64,000 nucleotides of DNA, taken from positions 16,986 to 80,985 of the forward strand of contig CAIKYB010000046.1 of NCBI GenBank assembly GCA_903831575.1, given 5' to 3'. A program made the position numbers and the translations under genes. The notes under the pieces are model-generated. The model did not search any database, was not told where the DNA came from, and worked only from the letters and a program-made list of their open reading frames with translations. Shown piece by piece: positions 39,047 to 48,145 of this stretch; the first letter of the stretch is position 1; each line of letters begins with the position of its first letter. Source of the stretch: an uncultured Bacteroidota bacterium. GTDB lineage: Bacteria; Bacteroidota; Bacteroidia; Chitinophagales; Chitinophagaceae.

Positions 39047-39424
39047 TTACTTCGTTACTTTTTTCTTACCTGCTACTGTCTTACGCTTTCCTTTTCTTGT
39101 ACGACTGTTAGTACGAGTACGTTGACCACGAACAGGCAATCCTTTACGATGGCGCAACCCACGATAACAAGCGATATCAAGCAAACGCTTAATATTCATT
39201 TGAGTTTCACTACGTAAAGCTCCTTCTGTTTTGAATTCGTTGTTGATAACATTACGAATAGCGGTTTGTTCGTCATCATTCCACTGGTTTACTTTTTTAT
39301 TCAAATCTATTCCAGACTTGGTTAAAATGTATTGAGCAGTAGAGCGACCAATACCATAAATATAGGTAAGACCGATTTCTCCTCTTTTGTTCTTTGGTAA
39401 ATCTATACCGGCAATACGTGCCAT
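39047..39424 (-). CDS. rpsM: 30S ribosomal protein S13
   Basis: [27 protein letters not shown]. Confidence 0.98.
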   Translation of the reverse strand: MARIAGIDLPKNKRGEIGLTYIYGIGRSTAQYILTKSGIDLNKKVNQWNDDEQTAIRNVINNEFKTEGALRSETQMNIKRLLDIACYRGLRHRKGLPVRGQRTRTNSRTRKGKRKTVAGKKKVTK

Positions 39425-39459
39425 AGAAGTGTTTTATTTTTAGTTTTAAAATTAGTTGA

Positions 39460-39576
39460 TTACCCTTGTTTTTGCTTAAAACGAGGATTCTTTTTGTTGA
39501 TTACATATAAACGTCCTTTTCTTCTCACGATTTTGCAATCAACGCTGCGTTTTTTAATTGAAGCTCTAACCTTCAT
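39460..39576 (-). CDS. rpmJ: 50S ribosomal protein L36 (not in ORF track; Zn-ribbon-less form)
   Basis: Translated by hand: [38 protein letters not shown]. Confidence 0.97.
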   Translation of the reverse strand: MKVRASIKKRSVDCKIVRRKGRLYVINKKNPRFKQKQG

Positions 39577-39623
39577 CTTTTTTTAGTTTTATCTATTTGA
39601 TAATTGCTGATTATTCAGCTTTT

Positions 39624-39842
39624 TTATTTGTATCTAAATATGATTCGACCCCTTGTCAAATCGTATGGACTCATCTCTACACCTACTTTGTCTCCTGGTA
39701 GAATACGGATATAATGCATCCTCATTTTACCAGAAATCGTAGCCAATATTTCATGACCATTTTCTAATTTAACCTTGAACATAGCATTGCTCAGCGCCTC
39801 TACTATCGAACCATCTTGTTTTATTAATGCTTGCTTAGCCAT
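39624..39842 (-). CDS. infA: Translation initiation factor IF-1
   Basis: [31 protein letters not shown]. Confidence 0.98.
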   Translation of the reverse strand: MAKQALIKQDGSIVEALSNAMFKVKLENGHEILATISGKMRMHYIRILPGDKVGVEMSPYDLTRGRIIFRYK

Positions 39843-39924
39843 AAATTTAGGAGCGCGAAGATAGGAGAAATAAATTACTTTTTAAAGAAAATTTAGTAAT
39901 ATTACTTTTTAAAACTTTAAAATC

Positions 39925-40731
39925 ATGAAAAAAACACTCTTTTTAGGACTTTTTATCAGCATTTTTGTTATTTCTTGCAAAAAAGACGACTCCAACGCTA
40001 ACAACTCAGGTAATGGCGGAAATAATTCAGGTGCTACTCCATTATTTTTCAGTTTTAATAGTGGTGATTATTGGGATTATAAAACCGATTCGGCAAATTT
40101 AACACTGTCACTGTTTACACTTACTTCTACAAACAAAGACACTACTTTCCCTTCTATACCTTCCAAACAATTTCACATATTCGAATCTTATGATGGGACT
40201 ACTATTACAGAAGAGTATTATAATGCAAATGGAAACAATTATTATCAATTGGTTAGTCTAACAAACCTATTGCCTACTCTTGACTTGAAATATCTTGTAA
40301 CCAATGCCCCAGCAAATACTTATTGGGACACGACAATAAATGCAATAATCCCCATATTGACTTATAACTTTAATCTCACCGCAAAAATCAGACAAACCAT
40401 TGAACAAACTAATACATCAATAGTAGTAAATGGCACTTCATATGATAGTGTCATCAAATTGAAAACTGAAATATTAAATGCAACTGCATCAAGCCAGATT
40501 CAACTTCTGCCAGCCCCTTTTCCTGCAACAACAATTAATCTTCCTATAGATATTGCCCAAGACATACACACTTTTTATGCTCCAAGAGTTGGGGAAGTAC
40601 AAAGAAATTATGCAATAAATGCAACAGCAAATCTCAGAAGCTTAAGCGCTTTAATAACTACACTACCAGATTCAATTAGTTTGATAAATACTAATAGGAC
40701 AACGACTTTGTTAAACTCAAATGTTCATTAA
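39925..40731 (+). CDS. Hypothetical lipoprotein
   Basis: Lipobox VISC followed by KKDDS and an N/G-rich linker. Confidence 0.8.
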   Translation: MKKTLFLGLFISIFVISCKKDDSNANNSGNGGNNSGATPLFFSFNSGDYWDYKTDSANLTLSLFTLTSTNKDTTFPSIPSKQFHIFESYDGTTITEEYYNANGNNYYQLVSLTNLLPTLDLKYLVTNAPANTYWDTTINAIIPILTYNFNLTAKIRQTIEQTNTSIVVNGTSYDSVIKLKTEILNATASSQIQLLPAPFPATTINLPIDIAQDIHTFYAPRVGEVQRNYAINATANLRSLSALITTLPDSISLINTNRTTTLLNSNVH

Positions 40732-40751
40732 TTCCTTAAAAAATTATCAAT

Positions 40752-40786
40752 AAAAAAAAGAGCGAGAAAATCTCGCTCTTTTTTTT
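40752..40786. terminator. Bidirectional intrinsic terminator
   Basis: A8-GAGCGAGA-AAA-TCTCGCTC-T8 between convergent genes. Confidence 0.9.
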
Positions 40787-41492
40787 ATTCCAATATTGTA
40801 ACTTCCGTCCTTCTATTCTCCGCCCTTCCTGCGACGGTACTATTTGACTCCAAAGGCTTTGTACTTCCATATCCTTTAATTATTAATCTCGCTGAATCAA
40901 TCCCATTTGTAATCAAATATTCTCTGACTGCATTAGCTCTTTCTTCAGAAAGCTTCAAATTACTTTTTGCATTACCCACATTATCAGTATGTCCTCCGAT
41001 TTCAATTCTATCGTCATCTTTTCTTTTCATGTATTCAACCAGATTATCTAAAACAGGATATGCCGATTCCTGAAAAGTAAATTTACCATTATCGAAATTC
41101 AACCCTTCCAAAATAAAATTCTTAGGAGGTTCCAAATAATAAGAAAGAATAAAAGGTGCTTTATAAGAGAAATTTTCTTTTAATGCAGGAATGTCCAACT
41201 CTTTATATTGAGTAGAATCTAATGTATTCAAAGTATAATATTGGTAAACATCTCCAGCGGGTAATCTCAACGTAAACTTACCCATTGAGTCAGACAATCC
41301 CTGGTATTCTTTATGAAAATTCTTGCCCTTGAAAATCATGATCTCGTGAGCTACGGGAACCGACTTGAAATCAAGCATTGTTACATCAACTTTAGCATCT
41401 TTTGGAGAATTGCCATTTGATGTTTGTGCTTGAGTAATCGAAAAAAGGTTTAAGAAAAAACAAATTACAATAGAGAACTTTACCGATTTCAT
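40785..41492 (-). CDS. OmpA family protein
   Basis: Signal peptide (TQAQ); IEIGGHTDNVG, LSEERANAV, NRRTEV. Confidence 0.92.
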   Translation of the reverse strand: MKSVKFSIVICFFLNLFSITQAQTSNGNSPKDAKVDVTMLDFKSVPVAHEIMIFKGKNFHKEYQGLSDSMGKFTLRLPAGDVYQYYTLNTLDSTQYKELDIPALKENFSYKAPFILSYYLEPPKNFILEGLNFDNGKFTFQESAYPVLDNLVEYMKRKDDDRIEIGGHTDNVGNAKSNLKLSEERANAVREYLITNGIDSARLIIKGYGSTKPLESNSTVAGRAENRRTEVTILE

Positions 41493-41517
41493 TTTTTATT
41501 ATTTTTTATGATGCAAT

Positions 41518-42657
41518 TTATAACTTTTGTTGCATTTGTAAGACCATTGTATTTTTCCAGGACACAAAATCTCCAGCTATTATATGCTTTCTTGCTTCTT
41601 TTACCAACCATAAATAAAAAGCCAGATTGTGAACACTTGCAATCGTTAATCCTAAAAATTCCTTTGCTTTTAATAAATGTTTCAAATAAGCTTTGGAATA
41701 ATAAGCGCTCATGTCACAACCAATAGTTTCGTCAATTGGAGAGAAATCATTTTCCCATTTTTTATTATCTATATTAATAATGCCATTCGCCGTAAATAGC
41801 ATCGCATTTCTTCCATTACGGGTAGGCATCACACAATCAAACATATCGATTCCCATTTCTATACATTCTAAAATATTCCATGGCGTGCCCACTCCCATTA
41901 AATACCTTGGTTTGTCTTTAGGTAAATGGTCGCAACATAAAGCACAGATTTCATACATTTTATCAATCGGCTCGCCAACACTTAAACCTCCAATGGCATT
42001 GCCGGGTGCATTTTGACTTGAGATGTGTTCGCAAGATGCCTTACGCAAATCATGATGGATGCCTCCCTGAACAATTGGAAAAAGATTTTGTGTATAGCCA
42101 TATTTATCCCCTGTACTATTAAATCTATCAACACAACGATCTAACCAACGGTGAGTTAATTCCATTGATTTTTTTGCATATGCATATTCACTTCCCCCGG
42201 GCGGACATTCATCGAATGCCATAATAATATCACCACCAATAATGCGCTGTGTATCCATAACATTTTCGGGCGTGAACAAATGTTTACTCCCATCAATATG
42301 CGATTGGAACACCACCCCTTCTTCCGTAATCTTCCTGCTTTTTGCCAATGAAAAAACCTGAAACCCGCCACTGTCTGTTAATATAGGCCTATCCCACCCA
42401 TTAAATTTATGCAAGCCTCCTGCCGCTTCTAAAATTTTCAATCCCGGCCTGAGGTATAAATGATAGGTATTTCCTAAAATAATCTGAGCACCCACTTCTT
42501 CTTTTAATTGTTGTTGAGAAACTGCTTTCACACTGCCTACCGTTCCTACAGGCATAAAAATCGGCGTTTCGATTTCACCATGATCCGTAACTATTTTCCC
42601 AGCCCTTGCCTTTGAATGAACATCAGTATTTTCTACTGCGAATTTCAACAATGCCAT
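41518..42657 (-). CDS. tgt: tRNA-guanine transglycosylase
   Basis: ETPIFMPVGT, NTYHL, TDSGGFQ, DCVMPTR; TATATTTG promoter at 42681-42688. Confidence 0.97.
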   Translation of the reverse strand: MALLKFAVENTDVHSKARAGKIVTDHGEIETPIFMPVGTVGSVKAVSQQQLKEEVGAQIILGNTYHLYLRPGLKILEAAGGLHKFNGWDRPILTDSGGFQVFSLAKSRKITEEGVVFQSHIDGSKHLFTPENVMDTQRIIGGDIIMAFDECPPGGSEYAYAKKSMELTHRWLDRCVDRFNSTGDKYGYTQNLFPIVQGGIHHDLRKASCEHISSQNAPGNAIGGLSVGEPIDKMYEICALCCDHLPKDKPRYLMGVGTPWNILECIEMGIDMFDCVMPTRNGRNAMLFTANGIINIDNKKWENDFSPIDETIGCDMSAYYSKAYLKHLLKAKEFLGLTIASVHNLAFYLWLVKEARKHIIAGDFVSWKNTMVLQMQQKL

Positions 42658-42731
42658 AAAAAAATTAAATTTAATTAGTGCAAATATAAATTTTTAAAAG
42701 TGCATACAAGCTATATCCTATTTTTGCAGGA

Positions 42732-43868
42732 ATGAACATCAATTTATTACTTGAACATTGGAAGTTAGTTTTATTTGTATTTTTTTCTGCAATCGCCGGC
42801 ATCCAAATCTTTTATTACCTCTTCTTTTTTAGCAGATTGGCTTTATATAAAGCAAAAGCCGAATCATCTAGCCAAACCCATCCCGTAAGTGTGGTCATAT
42901 GTGCAAGAGACGAGGCTGCTAATCTGGCTGATCATCTTCCAGGTGTACTTGTTCAAGATTACCAAACAACGCATGAAGTGATTGTTGTAAATGACAATTC
43001 TTATGACGACAGCAAATATTTACTGGAAGAACTTAAAAAATCATTTCGTCAATTACAAGTGATTGAATTAAAGCAAGAGGCAAAAATGATTCCAGGGAAA
43101 AAATTTCCCTTGGGAGTGGGCATCAAATCCACAAAACACGAAATCATTTTGCTGACAGATGCAGATTGTATTCCTGCGAGCGAATTCTGGATTCAAAGCA
43201 TGCAAAGTAGTTACGAAAACGACAATACAGAAATCGTATTGGGCTACAGCCCTTACCACAAAAAGAAAAGCTTACTGAATAAGCTTATTCGTTGGGAAAC
43301 TTTTCATTCTGCACTACAATACTTAAGTTATGCACTCGCAGGAATTCCATACATGGGCGTAGGCAGAAATTTGAGTTATAAAAAAGCGGTCTTCTTCAGA
43401 CATAAAGGCTTTTCCTCTCATCATAATATTCCTGGTGGAGATGATGATCTGTTTATTAATATGGCCGCGAATAAAAAAAACACTACAATTAATATTGATC
43501 AGGAAGCTTTCACCTTAAGCAGGCCAGTCAATACTTGGAAGCAATGGCTCAATCAAAAAAGAAGACATTATACAACAGGAAAATATTATAAGAAAATTCA
43601 CCAATTCTTACTGGGAACTTATTCAATGTCACACTTTTTATTTTACCCTTTATTAATAACAAGCTGTTGGTTCTATAACTGGAAATACGGATTGATTATT
43701 TTTGGAGTGCGATTTATTATACAATTCATTGTATACTCTATAACGTTGAAGAAACTCAATGAGAAAGACCTCTTACCTTTGTTTTTACTTTTCGATGTAT
43801 GGATGTTTTTTTACTACCTGATCTTTGCTCCGGCATTATTAAGGAAGCCAAAACCATCCTGGAAGTAA
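42732..43868 (+). CDS. Glycosyltransferase family 2, membrane-bound
   Basis: VSVVICARDE, VVNDNSYD, LTDADC, GGDDDLF; TATTTTTG promoter at 42719-42726. Confidence 0.92.
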   Translation: MNINLLLEHWKLVLFVFFSAIAGIQIFYYLFFFSRLALYKAKAESSSQTHPVSVVICARDEAANLADHLPGVLVQDYQTTHEVIVVNDNSYDDSKYLLEELKKSFRQLQVIELKQEAKMIPGKKFPLGVGIKSTKHEIILLTDADCIPASEFWIQSMQSSYENDNTEIVLGYSPYHKKKSLLNKLIRWETFHSALQYLSYALAGIPYMGVGRNLSYKKAVFFRHKGFSSHHNIPGGDDDLFINMAANKKNTTINIDQEAFTLSRPVNTWKQWLNQKRRHYTTGKYYKKIHQFLLGTYSMSHFLFYPLLITSCWFYNWKYGLIIFGVRFIIQFIVYSITLKKLNEKDLLPLFLLFDVWMFFYYLIFAPALLRKPKPSWK

Positions 43869-43940
43869 ATACAATGATTTGGCAATTTGAAAATGTGCTA
43901 AATACAGAATTCCCAATTTTACAAACCAATCAACCAATCC

Positions 43941-44573
43941 ATGGAAATTTTAGAAAAATACTTTACAGATTTTACAGCAACTCAACTTCAGCAATTCGGC
44001 ATGCTGAAAGAATTGTATAATGACTGGAATGGAAAAATAAATGTCATCAGCAGAAAAGACATGGACAACTTTTACATTCATCATGTGTTGCACTCCTTAA
44101 CAATTGCTACTCAATTTGAATTCCAGCCCAATACTTCCATTATGGATCTTGGCTGTGGCGGTGGATTTCCAGGCATCCCTTTGGCCATTTTATTTCCTGA
44201 AACACAATTCCATTTGGTGGATAGTATAAATAAAAAATTATTAGTGGTAAAGGAAATCGCAGCAGCTGCAGGATTAAATAATATAGCGGTACAGCATAGC
44301 CGCGCAGAAGAAATAAAAAACAGAAAATTCGATACTGTAATTTCAAGAGCAGTTGCCCCTTTAAAAGACCTTTGGCATTGGAGCAAACCATTGCTTAAAA
44401 AAAGTCCACTCAAAAATGAACAAACCCCAAATGGACTTATCTGCTTAAAAGGCGGTGACCTTACTAATGAAATACAGGAGAGTAGTTGCAAACCTTATGT
44501 CTGGGAGATTGATAAAATTTTCCCTGAGGCCCATTTCAAAGACAAGTTTTTACTATACCAGCCATTTAAATAG
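43941..44573 (+). CDS. rsmG: 16S rRNA m7G527 methyltransferase
   Basis: INVISRKD, DLGCGGGFPGIPLA, SRAVA, LKGG. Confidence 0.95.
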   Translation: MEILEKYFTDFTATQLQQFGMLKELYNDWNGKINVISRKDMDNFYIHHVLHSLTIATQFEFQPNTSIMDLGCGGGFPGIPLAILFPETQFHLVDSINKKLLVVKEIAAAAGLNNIAVQHSRAEEIKNRKFDTVISRAVAPLKDLWHWSKPLLKKSPLKNEQTPNGLICLKGGDLTNEIQESSCKPYVWEIDKIFPEAHFKDKFLLYQPFK

Positions 44574-44581
44574 TGACTTTA

Positions 44582-46522
44582 TTACCATTTCAATTCTATA
44601 CTATTATTACTTCTCTGTACATCTGCCATTCGTTTTGACGGATCTATTTCGGCTTTAAGCAATTCGGAAAGTTTTTTATTGAAGCTAATGGTAAATGTAG
44701 GGTGTGTCCAGCGCCATTCTTCGTCAACAATAGTTTTTGCAGACAGGTCTTCCTGAGACTTATTGCCAAACATTAGATTTAAAGGAATATTATGCATTTC
44801 TGTTGACCCATCTTTGAAAGTTAATTGTAAATCAATCGGCATCGGCATTTGACCGATTCTTTTCAATCGTATTTTAGACACCCCATTTTCTTCCCATAGA
44901 CTGTCTATACTGTAATCAATTGTTTTAGTGGTTTGGGTCCAGTATTCTTTATACCAATCTAATTTAATGCCGCTTCTTTTTTCAGCAATATTGATAAAGT
45001 CCTGTGCATTGGGATGCTTGAATTTCCAAACCTTGTAGTAATCAAGTAAAACTTTATCTCTTGTTGATGCCCCAATAATATACCCCAATTGCTCCATGAA
45101 TATTTCGCCTTTAGAATAAGCATCCACGCTATACGAAAAATTATTATTGTAATGATCTGCATGAGTTGACATCGGTTCTTCTAAACCACTTTTTACCAAA
45201 GAAAAATAACTTGCATAAGAGCCTGCATGATCTTCTGGCAATGAAGCCAATAAGTCTTTAAGTCGGCTATTATTAGGATCGGTTTTAAGAGCATCTTTAT
45301 ACTCTTGAATGGAAGATGCATTGTTATAAAACTTACTAACTAAATCCTCGGCAAAACTAGTAAACCCTTCATCCATCCAGGCATACATGCTTTCATTCGT
45401 TGCTAGCATCATCTGGTACCAACTGTGCATCCATTCATGAAAAACCGTGCCTACTGAAGGTCCGCTGATAAGAGTAGCCATAGGATATTCCATTCCGCCA
45501 TCCCCGCCCTGAATAAAAGAGTATTGAGGATAAGTATATTTTCCAAAATTTTTCTCCATAAAAGGCAAAACTTTAACTGCTGCATTTGCAACTTTCGTCC
45601 ATGCTGTATCGTTATAAGCATTCCCAGGTAATTCATTATAAATAACATGTAATACAGGACCATTTGCCACATTTCTAACAAGATGTTTATAATCAGGATC
45701 TGCTGCCCATACAAAATCATGGATTCGCTCTCCTTTGAAATGCCATGTTCTTTTAGATGTAAGACAATACTTCAATGCTGTATTTGGTTTATCATAGCCC
45801 CAACCAATGTCCGCAGCATTTATCAACACTCCTGTTCCTCCTAATTTATAGGATTTATCAATATTTATAGTGACATCATAATCTCCCCAAACACCATAGA
45901 ATTCTCTTGCAACATACGGCGTAGGATGCCAGCCCTCATTATCATACTCGCAGATTTTTGGATACCATTGACTCATGCTGTAACGAACTCCAGTTTGCGG
46001 ATTATCCCTTCCACTCCTTCTTACTTGTAAAGGAATCTGTGCTTCGAATTCCATGTCAATTTCCACAGCAGTTTTTGGGAGAATAGCTTGCGTAAGATTA
46101 ACTTCTACAATCGTTTCATGGTATTTAAAGGGCTGAGCAACTCCATTAATTTTTAGTGATATTATTTTTTGATACCCAATTTCATTTTCTTTCAAATGCA
46201 GGATCCTGTCTCTAACCCTTCCATCCCAATCTTGCCTGCCATTAATCAATTGCTTGCCCAATTCTCTGCTTCGCACATCCATGCTGCTATTGGGCTGAAA
46301 GGCATTCCAATATAAATGATAAAAAACTCTGTCTAATTTATCTGATGAATTATTTTGATAAATCAGTTGCTGACTTCCTTTTATTTTATTAGAAAAAGTA
46401 TCAACGTCAATTACCATGGTGTATTTGACAGCTTGTTGCCATTTTTCAGATTGGGCTTCCACTTTTATAAAAAGTGAAAAGTAAAAAGTGAAAAGTAAAA
46501 ATATTATTCTCATATGTAACAA
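44582..46522 (-). CDS. M1 family metallopeptidase, secreted
   Basis: GGMEY exopeptidase motif, HEWMH zinc motif with downstream DEG; signal peptide ending EAQ. Confidence 0.92.
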   Translation of the reverse strand: MLHMRIIFLLFTFYFSLFIKVEAQSEKWQQAVKYTMVIDVDTFSNKIKGSQQLIYQNNSSDKLDRVFYHLYWNAFQPNSSMDVRSRELGKQLINGRQDWDGRVRDRILHLKENEIGYQKIISLKINGVAQPFKYHETIVEVNLTQAILPKTAVEIDMEFEAQIPLQVRRSGRDNPQTGVRYSMSQWYPKICEYDNEGWHPTPYVAREFYGVWGDYDVTINIDKSYKLGGTGVLINAADIGWGYDKPNTALKYCLTSKRTWHFKGERIHDFVWAADPDYKHLVRNVANGPVLHVIYNELPGNAYNDTAWTKVANAAVKVLPFMEKNFGKYTYPQYSFIQGGDGGMEYPMATLISGPSVGTVFHEWMHSWYQMMLATNESMYAWMDEGFTSFAEDLVSKFYNNASSIQEYKDALKTDPNNSRLKDLLASLPEDHAGSYASYFSLVKSGLEEPMSTHADHYNNNFSYSVDAYSKGEIFMEQLGYIIGASTRDKVLLDYYKVWKFKHPNAQDFINIAEKRSGIKLDWYKEYWTQTTKTIDYSIDSLWEENGVSKIRLKRIGQMPMPIDLQLTFKDGSTEMHNIPLNLMFGNKSQEDLSAKTIVDEEWRWTHPTFTISFNKKLSELLKAEIDPSKRMADVQRSNNSIELKW

Positions 46523-46560
46523 TTAAACATTAACCTTTATAATTTACTGCCTTATTTTTT

Positions 46561-46630
46561 CAACCAATCAACCAATCAACCAATCAACCAATCAACCAAT
46601 CAACCAATCAACCCTTCAACCCTTCAACCA
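46561..46630 (+). repeat. Tandem 8-mer (CAACCAAT)x6 + (CAACCCTT)x2 overlapping the rsmI 3' end
   Basis: Read directly from the sequence. Confidence 0.95.
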
Positions 46631-47276
46631 CAATTACAATTTCCCCTTTAACAGTTTTTGCATTAAAATAATCGTGCACTTCGTGTAGCGTCCCTCTTTT
46701 ATTTTCCTCGAATTTTTTAGTCAGTTCTCTACTCACACAACACTTTCTATCCGGACCAAAATACTCGATAAAATTATTCAAGGTTTTAACCAATCTCATT
46801 GGACTTTCATAAAAAATCATCGTCCTTTCTTCTAATGCCATTCTCTTCAAAAATGTTTGCCGACCTTTTTTCAATGGCAAAAAACCTTCAAAACAAAAAC
46901 TGTTTGTAGGCAAGCCGCTATTCACCAAAGCCGGAACAAAAGCCGTTGCGCCAGGCAAACAATTCACTTCGATATTATTTTCCGTACAAGCTTTTACTAA
47001 TAAATAAGCAGGATCGCTAATGCCAGGAGTTCCTGCATCTGTGAGTAATGCCATAGATTTCCCTGCAGACAACTGATCTATCAAATGAGCTACAATTTTA
47101 TGTTCATTGTGTTGGTGATATGAGGATAAGGGTTTGTTGATAGCATAATGATTCAGCAATACAGAAGAGGTTCGTGTATCTTCTGCCAGAATCAAATCCA
47201 CTGATTTTAATACTTCAATAGCCCTGATGGTTATGTCTGAAAGATTTCCAATCGGCGAAGGAATAAGATAAAGCAT
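46608..47276 (-). CDS. rsmI: 16S rRNA C1402 2'-O-methyltransferase
   Basis: PIGNLSDIT, AEDTR, DAGTPGISDPA, RELTKKFEE, KGEIVIVV. Confidence 0.96.
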   Translation of the reverse strand: MLYLIPSPIGNLSDITIRAIEVLKSVDLILAEDTRTSSVLLNHYAINKPLSSYHQHNEHKIVAHLIDQLSAGKSMALLTDAGTPGISDPAYLLVKACTENNIEVNCLPGATAFVPALVNSGLPTNSFCFEGFLPLKKGRQTFLKRMALEERTMIFYESPMRLVKTLNNFIEYFGPDRKCCVSRELTKKFEENKRGTLHEVHDYFNAKTVKGEIVIVVEGLKG

Positions 47277-47329
47277 AATTGAATGAGATAAAATAATAAA
47301 ACAGGAGGTCTACAATTTCCTGATTTTTT

Positions 47330-48094
47330 TTAGGATAACCTTCTTTTAAAAATGAGAGAAACAATAACGTAGAGCATAAAAATCATTGGGATGGCTACCC
47401 ATTGAAACAAGATCATCAATACCATTGAAAGTCCTACAAACAAAAGCAGATGCACATTATCTTTGAGATTTTTAGACTTAACCTTAAATGACATCATAGG
47501 CAAGTTACTCACCATAAGAAAGCTCAATAGCACTATCAATCCATACAAGAACCACTTACTAGCCAATAACTGGTATACAACATCATAATGACCATACCAA
47601 TAAATAAGCGGGAACGACGCTACCAACAAACCTATTGCCGGAGTTGGAACACCTTTAAAATTTACCCGTTGTGTGGTATCTAAATTAAATTTTGCCAATC
47701 TATATGCTGCAGCTGCTACAATTAAAAAAGCTGGAGACAGGAGTAGTATTGAGGTCGTAATACCATCTTCTGCTGAAGCAAAACTCATCCTCAAAAACTG
47801 AAATAAAATCATTGAAGGAGCTACACCAAAACTAACCACATCAGCCAGTGAATCCAGTTGTTCTCCCATTCCTGAAGTTGCATTAAATAGCCTTGCCACA
47901 AAACCATCAAGAAAATCTACTACTGCTGAAAGCCCTATGAATAGTGATGCCATCCAGATTTTTTCAGGAATATCTATTATTTGACTTCCTTCTGCATTGT
48001 ATTGAATGGTAATTCCATTTTGCAACACAAACACAATAGCCATACAACCAAAAACAAGATTCAGTAAAGTAAAAAGATTCGGGATTTGCTTCAT
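47330..48094 (-). CDS. pssA: CDP-alcohol phosphatidyltransferase (phosphatidylserine synthase-like)
   Basis: DFLDGFVAR...GEQLDSLADVVSFG signature; RLAKFN. Confidence 0.85.
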   Translation of the reverse strand: MKQIPNLFTLLNLVFGCMAIVFVLQNGITIQYNAEGSQIIDIPEKIWMASLFIGLSAVVDFLDGFVARLFNATSGMGEQLDSLADVVSFGVAPSMILFQFLRMSFASAEDGITTSILLLSPAFLIVAAAAYRLAKFNLDTTQRVNFKGVPTPAIGLLVASFPLIYWYGHYDVVYQLLASKWFLYGLIVLLSFLMVSNLPMMSFKVKSKNLKDNVHLLLFVGLSMVLMILFQWVAIPMIFMLYVIVSLIFKRRLS

Positions 48095-48145
48095 TTAATA
48101 GCAGTTTTATTTTTTTAGACTGACTTGTTTTAGATTAATCAAAAA

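Noticed and set aside
39460-39576. Zn-ribbon-less L36 as a zinc-starvation paralog
   Set aside because: It occupies the normal operon position, and to my knowledge this form is usual in Bacteroidota.
43799-44020. 73-aa ORF bridging the GT2 gene and rsmG
   Set aside because: Overlaps both real genes in another frame and crosses a repeat-containing spacer; no motif.
46608-46610. Selenocysteine or programmed read-through at TGA stops followed by repeats (rsmI, pckA, trhO)
   Set aside because: The proteins appear complete at these stops, further stops follow within a few units, and no SECIS-like hairpin is seen.
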